Source of the DNA: Chitinophagales bacterium
GTDB taxonomy: Bacteria; Bacteroidota; Bacteroidia; Chitinophagales; UBA8649
Assembly: GCA_049610685.1 (NCBI GenBank)
Contig: JBMYZU010000010.1
Coordinates: 2,460 to 66,459, forward strand
Length of the DNA: 64,000 nucleotides
Reading direction: 5' to 3'
Shown: positions 30,621-37,965 of the stretch, piece after piece
Layout of the letters: each line of letters opens with the position of its first letter
How positions within the stretch are numbered: the first letter of the stretch is position 1
The notes under the pieces: generated by a model
Told to the model about the DNA's origin: nothing
The model's input: only the letters and a program-made list of their open reading frames with translations
The model's database searches: none
Position numbers and translations under genes: made by a program

Positions 30621-31829
30621 GGTATAACTAAGTACCTTCGATTTGTACTTGTAAAGAATTAATCCAACTCCCCCTAGAATCATACCTATGGATATGATCT
30701 GTGCCTGAGACAAACCCAATGCACTTGCCGTTGAGGTAACTCGTATACCCTCAATCAAAAAACGCTCTACACCCGCGAAAATTAGAAAGCCTCCGAAAAG
30801 AAGACCTGGTTTATGGGTAAGCTTTTTTCTGAGAAAAAACAACAGAAGAAATCCTCCTAAAAAAAGGAAAAACTCATAAATGCTTGTGGGATAAACACCC
30901 GCTGAAAGCTCATAGCAATATTGACCCGTGCACCCAGGAATGGGCTCTCCCGCATTGATTACGTTATGGGCATAGGTATTCGACCACCAAGACTCAGGAA
31001 TCCAATTCGGCTTAGAATTGCTATTGACTATTCCCCAGTCGCCATCACCAGAAAAGTGACAACCTAAACGACCGATTCCTTGGGCAAGCAAGAAACTCAA
31101 CCCCAATGAATCAAACAAATGACCTACATGAATTTTTCGACGATACGCAAAAACCAAAATAGCAAGGCCGCCAAAAATCAATCCTCCGTATATAGTGAGC
31201 CCACTCACAAACAAGGCCGGATTCCTCAATAAATCCCCCACATTTTGAAAAAAGTCTTGGATACGATCAGGCTGTAAAAAATCAAAAATCTTTGCACCAA
31301 GAATACCGAAAATTGCAGCAATTACTACCATCTCACCTATTTGCTCATGAGGCATATAATCCACCCATCGGCGTTCTGGTTTTGGCAATTCTTCCTTCTT
31401 TGCTTTGCGGTACGCTGGAAGAATGGATAATGCCATAGCTATAAAGCCACCCCATAAACTTCCAGCACCACTTTGCAAATAAGCCATTTGATCAAGAGCT
31501 GCTTGGTCCATATTCGTAAAGGCACCTATAATCTTGTACCCAAAGAAAAAAGAGATTGCTCCATTAACTAACAGTTGAGTCCAATTGGGACCTGTACCCA
31601 CCATAATTTCACGTGGATGACCAATGAGAAGATTTAATCCCTCACGGCGCATCAACTCATTCCGGAGAACAAGTGCTGCTGATAAAAAAGCCATCGCAAC
31701 AAAAAATCCATAGGTATTTGGGAACATGCTTGGAAAGGGCTCACCACCTCGAAAGATTTCCGATAGGAAGGGTAGTTTATCATTGATAAAGTCAAATACT
31801 GTTGGGTAAGCACGTAAAATCAAGTCCAT
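30594..31829 (-). CDS. lgt: prolipoprotein diacylglyceryl transferase (long Bacteroidota form)
   Basis: Polytopic membrane protein with GRLGCHFSGDGDWG (a variant of the Lgt GRxGNFxNGE region) and a YGFFVAMAF N-terminal helix. Confidence 0.7.
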   Translation of the reverse strand: MDLILRAYPTVFDFINDKLPFLSEIFRGGEPFPSMFPNTYGFFVAMAFLSAALVLRNELMRREGLNLLIGHPREIMVGTGPNWTQLLVNGAISFFFGYKIIGAFTNMDQAALDQMAYLQSGAGSLWGGFIAMALSILPAYRKAKKEELPKPERRWVDYMPHEQIGEMVVIAAIFGILGAKIFDFLQPDRIQDFFQNVGDLLRNPALFVSGLTIYGGLIFGGLAILVFAYRRKIHVGHLFDSLGLSFLLAQGIGRLGCHFSGDGDWGIVNSNSKPNWIPESWWSNTYAHNVINAGEPIPGCTGQYCYELSAGVYPTSIYEFFLFLGGFLLLFFLRKKLTHKPGLLFGGFLIFAGVERFLIEGIRVTSTASALGLSQAQIISIGMILGGVGLILYKYKSKVLSYTSSMKDGDK

Positions 31830-31839
31830 TATTCCAAGA

Positions 31840-33159
31840 TTAAAGAGGGCTCTCTACCGAATATACGCCTTCTTCCTCGAGATATTGACTTAGGATAACA
31901 GACGTTATCCCATAGGTGGATGCTCTTTCACGTCTAGCGCGAACTCGAATATAGTTTGATGTGTATCCATAAATCCAATCATCCTTGACATCCCCCTCTT
32001 CCCAAAGAACAGGAAAACGTAAGTTGAGCTGTTCACGATAAAACTGCTTGGTCAAACGCTCCGATATATTTCGCAAAATATAGTTGCGCTCACGCCTTTT
32101 CTGGACAGGAACAACATCATCAAGCTGCGGCGCTCTTGTATTTTGTCGCTCACTGTAAGTAAAAACATGGAGATAACTGACACCTAAGTCCTGTAAAAAT
32201 GAAGCAGTCTGTTGAATATCATCCTCCGTCTCACCCGGAAAACCGACAATAACATCGGCCCCAATGCAAGCATTCGGAATAACCGCCTTTATGTGCTCTA
32301 CCCGACTGCGATACAACGCAGTATCATATTTTCTGCGCATGGCATGTAAAAGTCGGTCAACGCCTGTCTGTAAGGGAATATGGAAATGAGGCATGAATTT
32401 CTTTGACGAAGCAACAAAATCAATGATATCATTCGACAAAAGATTGGGCTCAATACTTGAAATTCGAATTCTATCAACACCGTCTATATCATCCAGCGCC
32501 ATGATTAAGTCATAAAAGGTTTCAGGACCTCTTGTCCGACCATCTTCCGAACGCCCAAAATCTCCAATATTTACCCCAGTTAAGACAATCTCCCTAGCTC
32601 CTGAGTCCACAGCTTCCTTCGCTGTGCGCAACACTTTAGCTATCGTAGTACTTCTCGAACGCCCCCTAGCAAGAGGAATAGTACAAAATGTACAGTGATA
32701 ATCACAACCATCTTGGACTTTTAAAAAGGTACGTGTACGATCATTTCGGGAGAAGGCAGGGTCAAATCGATTAACTTCCCTAATTGATCCTACCTTAACC
32801 GTGTTGCTCTCAGAATTACTTGCCATAATGGCATTCATATCAAACTTAGCATTAGCACCCAGCACAAGATTCACACCTGGAATAGCAGCTATTGAATCAG
32901 GCTTCAACTGGGCATAACAGCCAACGACAATCACCTTAGCCTCCGCATTGTTTCGCTTAGCCTGTCGAACTAGATTTCGACACTTTTTATCGGCTTGCGC
33001 AGTGACAGAGCAGGTGTTGATTATATAGCAATCTGAGGGCTGCGCAAAGTCAACCCGCAACCATCCTTGGTCAATCAACTGTTGACTAATTGCCGATCCT
33101 TCGGCATAGTTTAGTTTACAGCCCAGTGTATGCAGAGCAAAGGTTTGCGAGCGTCCCAT
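31840..33159 (-). CDS. mtaB: tRNA methylthiotransferase MtaB (radical SAM)
   Basis: The internal ATG gives MGRSQTFALHTLGCKLNYAEG. Radical SAM motif CDYHCTFC. TRAM-like C-terminus. Confidence 0.85.
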   Translation of the reverse strand: MGRSQTFALHTLGCKLNYAEGSAISQQLIDQGWLRVDFAQPSDCYIINTCSVTAQADKKCRNLVRQAKRNNAEAKVIVVGCYAQLKPDSIAAIPGVNLVLGANAKFDMNAIMASNSESNTVKVGSIREVNRFDPAFSRNDRTRTFLKVQDGCDYHCTFCTIPLARGRSRSTTIAKVLRTAKEAVDSGAREIVLTGVNIGDFGRSEDGRTRGPETFYDLIMALDDIDGVDRIRISSIEPNLLSNDIIDFVASSKKFMPHFHIPLQTGVDRLLHAMRRKYDTALYRSRVEHIKAVIPNACIGADVIVGFPGETEDDIQQTASFLQDLGVSYLHVFTYSERQNTRAPQLDDVVPVQKRRERNYILRNISERLTKQFYREQLNLRFPVLWEEGDVKDDWIYGYTSNYIRVRARRERASTYGITSVILSQYLEEEGVYSVESPL

Positions 33160-33306
33160 GGACACAAAAATACATGATGTGTAAGAACCCTTAGCAACCG
33201 AAGACACAACAAAATCAGCAATCTTAATAAAATGTTGGCGACTTCCCTTTGATTTGCCCCAACACCCGTTTATATTTAGTTCATTCTTAAACAATAAAAA
33301 TTTATC

Positions 33307-33456
33307 ATGAAAAAGTTTTTACCAATTCTATTAGCAGGTTTTGTAGCAATCACTGTTGTTGCATGTGGCGGCGAAGAAGAAGCTGCTGACGAAGATGCAA
33401 CTACGGAAGAAGCTCCAGCTGATACTACTGGAGGCGAAGATTCTACGGGGTCTTAA
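33307..33456 (+). CDS. 49-aa acidic mini-lipoprotein (below the ORF-track cutoff)
   Basis: Manual translation: MKKFLPILLAGFVAITVVACGGEEEAADEDATTEEAPADTTGGEDSTGS. Signal peptide with a VVAC lipobox. A strong terminator follows 26 nt downstream. Confidence 0.5.
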   Translation: MKKFLPILLAGFVAITVVACGGEEEAADEDATTEEAPADTTGGEDSTGS

Positions 33457-33482
33457 TTAGTAATTTTCCATCTAAGCTAAAC

Positions 33483-33510
33483 AGCCGAGGGTAATCCTCG
33501 GCTTTTTTTT
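33483..33510 (+). terminator. rho-independent terminator
   Basis: Hairpin agccgagg-gtaat-cctcggct followed by T7. Confidence 0.85.
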
Positions 33511-33604
33511 GCCCCTATCTGATGCAAAGATGTTTCTTGGCATAAATATTGAAACCAAAATACCTGTTGGCGTGTTCTTTTAATTCAATTCAGTAAAAAT
33601 TATC

Positions 33605-34171
33605 ATGAAAAAATATCTCGTATTATTCCTTGCTACTACCCTACTTACCAATGCTCTTCGCGCTCAAAATAACTTTACCGTTGATCTAGAAAAAAGCAAA
33701 GTGCAATGGTTGGCCAAAAAAGTAGGAGGGCAGCATGATGGATTAGTGGATATAAAGAAGGCCTACATTATGCTCAATGGTCAAGGTGCAGTAAGTCAAG
33801 CTGATATTGTTATGGACATGACGAGTATAACCGTTGAAGATTTAACAGGTGGGGCGAAAAACTCACTAACCAATCACCTAAAAGATCCTGACTTTTTTAA
33901 CACACAAGACTATCCAGAAGCTTCCTTTACAGTAAAAGAAGGGCAGGGCAAATCTGGAAAGGTTGATGGCCTCTTAACTATAAAGGATATATCTAAAGAG
34001 TACACCCTTCAATACAAAGTGCAGGATGGCACAATCAAAGGAACATTGATTATCGACCGGACAGACTTCGATATCATGTATAAATCCAAGTCGATACTGG
34101 ATGCCAAGGCTGTGGCTGACGGTTTTATCTATGATGAGTTTACAATAACATTTACCCTCATCGAAAAATAA
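33605..34171 (+). CDS. YceI family periplasmic protein
   Basis: Signal peptide, then VDLEKSKVQWLAKKVGGQHDG... and the L.I.D....Y pattern typical of YceI. Confidence 0.85.
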   Translation: MKKYLVLFLATTLLTNALRAQNNFTVDLEKSKVQWLAKKVGGQHDGLVDIKKAYIMLNGQGAVSQADIVMDMTSITVEDLTGGAKNSLTNHLKDPDFFNTQDYPEASFTVKEGQGKSGKVDGLLTIKDISKEYTLQYKVQDGTIKGTLIIDRTDFDIMYKSKSILDAKAVADGFIYDEFTITFTLIEK

Positions 34172-34186
34172 TCGTCTATTGACCAA

Positions 34187-34480
34187 TCAACCTTCTAGAC
34201 GATATCCAAGGGAACGAATAGAATGAAGTTTAATCGAGTCGTCGAGTTTCAGGTGTTTCCTTAATCTATTGATATATACATCCATACTGCGACCAGCGAA
34301 ATAATCCGTTTTTGACCAGATCTTTTGCAATACTACTTCTCGCGAAACGATCTCATTTTTATGCTCTAATAAAAACTCAAATAAAGCAGCTTCTCTTGGA
34401 GTGAGTTTTATCTCCTGATCATTAATAAGCAAGGTTCGTTGCTCTCTAAAGTAGGTTGATTTTCCTATTGGGAGAGACAC
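34187..34480 (-). CDS. winged-helix (OmpR/PhoB-type trans_reg_C) DNA-binding domain protein with no receiver domain; possibly the 3' part of a disrupted gene
   Basis: LTPREAALFEFLLEHKNEIVSREVVLQKIW...GRSMDVYINRLRKHL...IHSIRSLGYRLEG. The only available start is GTG at 34480. Confidence 0.65.
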   Translation of the reverse strand: MSLPIGKSTYFREQRTLLINDQEIKLTPREAALFEFLLEHKNEIVSREVVLQKIWSKTDYFAGRSMDVYINRLRKHLKLDDSIKLHSIRSLGYRLEG

Positions 34481-34641
34481 AATAAAGCGATTTGAGGTAA
34501 GGGCTTAGAATGGCTTGAATATGAATTAGAGCTAGTCGAAACTTCAAGAGCCGAGTCATCGGATCCTCTTAAGACAAAAAGCATTATGATTATAGCTAAA
34601 ACCCATAGAAAGATGAGAATAATCGCCGCTCCCTGTTGCAT
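34465..34641 (-). CDS. 58-aa ORF encoding one transmembrane helix plus a Ser-rich linker, overlapping the winged-helix ORF start in another frame
   Basis: Manual translation: MQQGAAIILIFLWVLAIIIMLFVLRGSDDSALEVSTSSNSYSSHSKPLPQIALLCLSQ. It ends 16 nt inside the winged-helix ORF. Confidence 0.35.
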   Translation of the reverse strand: MQQGAAIILIFLWVLAIIIMLFVLRGSDDSALEVSTSSNSYSSHSKPLPQIALLCLSQ

Positions 34642-34673
34642 ATTCGTTCCGTTTGACCGAAATTAGGTGTGAT

Positions 34674-35345
34674 ATGAAAATGCAAGCCTACCAAATACTA
34701 AATATTCATGACAGTGCACTAAATGAATGTTTAGCTGAAATTCGGGACAAAGACATCCAAATAAATCGTCCGCGATTCAGAGAAAACCTGCGACAAAGCG
34801 GAATCTATTGTGGATATGAATTGAGTAAATCTCTAGCATACCAAAATCAAAAGGTTCACACTGTACTTGGAGATGCTCACATTAACCTAATGTCAGAACA
34901 ACCCATATTAATTCCCATTTTGCGTGCGGCACTTCCCTTTTATGAGGGAATACAGTCAGTCTTTCCTCATGCAGAAAGTGGATTTATTGGCGCGATGAGA
35001 AAAACTACCAGCAAAACCTCTTTTGAAATTGCCTTGGATTATCATGCCCTACCCAATCTTAATGATCGAGAAGTTGTCTTGATCGACCCGATGCTTGCTA
35101 CAGGGAAATCTATCGTTAAAACAGCCCAGGTGTTAACTAAGATGTACCCAAAAATCAAACGATTTTATATAGTGGCCTTGATTGCTTCCAAGCAAGGTCT
35201 TAAGTATGTCGAACATCATTTAACACACGATCACCATATTCTATCAGCGGCATTGGACGACGAGTTAAATGCCAAGAGTTACATCGTACCAGGACTTGGT
35301 GATGCAGGGGATTTAGCCTTTGGAGAAAAGCAAGACATGGCTTAA
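34674..35345 (+). CDS. upp: uracil phosphoribosyltransferase
   Basis: IDPMLATGKS PRPP loop and YIVPGLGDAGDLAFG C-terminal motif. The ATG at 34674 is preferred over TTG at 34653. Confidence 0.9.
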   Translation: MKMQAYQILNIHDSALNECLAEIRDKDIQINRPRFRENLRQSGIYCGYELSKSLAYQNQKVHTVLGDAHINLMSEQPILIPILRAALPFYEGIQSVFPHAESGFIGAMRKTTSKTSFEIALDYHALPNLNDREVVLIDPMLATGKSIVKTAQVLTKMYPKIKRFYIVALIASKQGLKYVEHHLTHDHHILSAALDDELNAKSYIVPGLGDAGDLAFGEKQDMA

Positions 35346-35373
35346 CTTAAGAGGAATACTAATTCAATTCCTA

Positions 35374-36735
35374 ATGAAGCCCCATCTATTGCTCATACTT
35401 CTTCTTCCTGCACTCCTTACATCATGTATAGAGGATAAAAAAAATAGCACTCTGAAAGCACAGGATCCAGCGTCAGATGCTCAATCATCAGAGGATAAAG
35501 AGATACGATATCATCAAGATGTATCCTATCCAATGCGAGCGATTGAGGATAAAAGCGGTCTTCGCCACCGACGAGACCTACCAACAGAGGAGTTAGGCGC
35601 ATTAGACTCTCTTGATGTAAAGCAACTACAAATGGCCCTGTACAATGCCAAGGAGGGCGACACCATCTTCTTAGAGAAAGGGGTATACCATCTTTCCAAC
35701 GAGTTAATCATAAGCGAAGTAAACGGCATAACGCTTCAAGGGAAGGGAATGGGAAGAACCATTATCAACTTTGCCGATCAACAGGCTGGAGGGCAAGGCA
35801 TCAATATAAACAAAGCAAACAATATCACTCTGTGCGATTTCTCCGTATATGATGCCCATGGTGATGGCATTAAAACCAAAGGATGTAATGATATGGTCAT
35901 GCGAAACCTTGAAGTCCTATGGACTAAGGGGCCTCATCCTAAAAATGGTGGCTATGGTCTATATCCTGTCGAAAGTCAAGGAATTCTTGTAGAGCAATGT
36001 ATGGTTGCCGGCGCATCCGATGCAGGCATTTATGTTGGGCAATCGTTAGACGTGGTCGTAAAAAATTGCTACGTATACCATAACGTTGCGGGTATAGAAA
36101 TTGAAAATTGCACACGATCCCTAGTGTATGATAATGTAGCAGAAGATAATACAGGAGGTATCCTGGTATTCAACCTACCCGATCTTCCTGTGAATCCTGA
36201 CGGGGAGTTCTGTCAAGTCTACGACAATATTGTAGTACATAACAACCACCTCAATTTTGCTCCGGAAGGCAATATGGTAGCCATCGTGGCTCCTGGTTCT
36301 GGCATTGTTCTCTTAGCCGCCAAGTCCTGCGAAGTATTCAACAATGAAATCCGAGATAACAAAACCATGGGTATCGCTGTAGCGAGTTACTTCGTGCACA
36401 ATCCAAATGAAGAAACAACTGCTCAATTCAGTCCTTATTCATCAAATATTAGCATACATGATAATCAGTATTCCTGTAATCCTTCCTTTTATGCAGATAA
36501 CTCAACTCCCTTTGGATTACTTGTATTGACCAGCGGCAATGGTGGACGAGGTTTCGACTTGCTATCCGACGGCGTCTTTGCTGAGGAGGGCATGTTTTGT
36601 GTTCAAGAAGATTCAAGTGATTTCTCCTTTATGATGTTGAATAATGGTGACTTTGAAAGTCCATTAATCCGAGATGCTGGATCGCTTGGGAATTGTCAAA
36701 AAATGAGTTTCCCCGAAGTCTACCAAGTCCATTGA
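35374..36735 (+). CDS. parallel beta-helix repeat lipoprotein (NosD/CASH-like fold)
   Basis: Internal ATG gives MKPHLLLILLLPALLTSC (lipobox). Repeated beta-helix turns: ITLCDFSVYDAHGDGIKT, GASDAGIYVGQS, HNVAGIEIENC, DNTGGILVFN. Confidence 0.8.
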   Translation: MKPHLLLILLLPALLTSCIEDKKNSTLKAQDPASDAQSSEDKEIRYHQDVSYPMRAIEDKSGLRHRRDLPTEELGALDSLDVKQLQMALYNAKEGDTIFLEKGVYHLSNELIISEVNGITLQGKGMGRTIINFADQQAGGQGININKANNITLCDFSVYDAHGDGIKTKGCNDMVMRNLEVLWTKGPHPKNGGYGLYPVESQGILVEQCMVAGASDAGIYVGQSLDVVVKNCYVYHNVAGIEIENCTRSLVYDNVAEDNTGGILVFNLPDLPVNPDGEFCQVYDNIVVHNNHLNFAPEGNMVAIVAPGSGIVLLAAKSCEVFNNEIRDNKTMGIAVASYFVHNPNEETTAQFSPYSSNISIHDNQYSCNPSFYADNSTPFGLLVLTSGNGGRGFDLLSDGVFAEEGMFCVQEDSSDFSFMMLNNGDFESPLIRDAGSLGNCQKMSFPEVYQVH

Positions 36736-36771
36736 TAATAAGGTATTCCATCCCAACGTATAACACTGCAG

Positions 36772-37965
36772 ATGTTTTCTTCAAATAAATGTTTGATATA
36801 TAGTCTGATAGCTATTACGCTGGGGCTTATGACGTGCAATAAAGGAGGAGTTAATGAGAAGAATAATTCGCATAAGCATCAAGAAGCTCAACCATCTTCT
36901 GATATATTCAAAAGCCATATTGAATTTTTAGGGATTAATCCTGCCGATTTTGGAAGCAATACCATTGTTCTACCACAAGATGACTCTCCTTTTCCCAAAC
37001 TCAGTAATTATGGATTCTTCAAGGGTCCTGTGCACTACTTGATTCCAAGCGATGGCGTCCTACCCTATTCATTAAACTCCGAACTATTCTCTGACTATGC
37101 CTATAAAGCACGGTTTGTTTGGATGCCTCAAGGAAGTGCTGCAAAATATCGAAAGGATGAAGTCCTAGATTTCCCCTTAGGCACCGTCTTAATCAAGAAC
37201 TTTTACTATCCTATCGATATGCGAAATCCCCATGGCGAACGACGCTTGATTGAGACGAGACTCCTGGTGAATACCCAGTCAGGGTGGAAAAACTATCCTT
37301 ATCTATGGAATGAAGATCAAACCGAGGCAGACTACCATCCGTTCGGCGAGTTTACCAAGGTTTCTTGGATTGATATCCAAGGAGAAGAACAGCATGTAAA
37401 CTATATGCAACCGCAACAAGGTCAGTGCATGTCATGTCATATTGTAGACGACAAAGTAATGCCTATCGGCCCCAAGGTTCGCAACCTCAATGGAGTGTTT
37501 GACTACGGAGAAGAAGGCAAGCAAAATCAACTTGTCTATTGGCAGCAAATGGGGTATCTCGAAGGATTTAACCCTAATGAGCCTCAACCCCGTAATGCGG
37601 TTTGGAGTAATCCATCAGAAGACCTAGACGATCGAGCTAGAGCCTACCTCGATATAAACTGTGGCCACTGCCATAACCCTAAGGGGCCTGGCAACACTAC
37701 CGGATTCTATCTTGACGCATTAACCGCTGATCCCAAAGAATTGGGTGTATGCAAAGTTCCTGTTGCAGCAGGAAGAGGTAGCGGTAATCTGAGGTATGAC
37801 ATTGTCCCAGGAAATCCCTCAGCATCGATTGTACATTATCGTATGGCTTCAGAGGAAATTGATGTGATGATGCCTGAAATTGGACGATCAAAAGTCCACT
37901 ATGAAGGATTGGAGTTGATCGCCTCTTGGATAGCCTCTATGGAGGAGGGATCTTGTAATGAGTAG
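36772..37965 (+). CDS. diheme c-type cytochrome lipoprotein (SO_2930-family-like)
   Basis: Lipobox LGLMTC. Two CxxCH heme motifs: CMSCH (nt 37426-37440) and CGHCH (nt 37660-37674). Confidence 0.8.
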   Translation: MFSSNKCLIYSLIAITLGLMTCNKGGVNEKNNSHKHQEAQPSSDIFKSHIEFLGINPADFGSNTIVLPQDDSPFPKLSNYGFFKGPVHYLIPSDGVLPYSLNSELFSDYAYKARFVWMPQGSAAKYRKDEVLDFPLGTVLIKNFYYPIDMRNPHGERRLIETRLLVNTQSGWKNYPYLWNEDQTEADYHPFGEFTKVSWIDIQGEEQHVNYMQPQQGQCMSCHIVDDKVMPIGPKVRNLNGVFDYGEEGKQNQLVYWQQMGYLEGFNPNEPQPRNAVWSNPSEDLDDRARAYLDINCGHCHNPKGPGNTTGFYLDALTADPKELGVCKVPVAAGRGSGNLRYDIVPGNPSASIVHYRMASEEIDVMMPEIGRSKVHYEGLELIASWIASMEEGSCNE

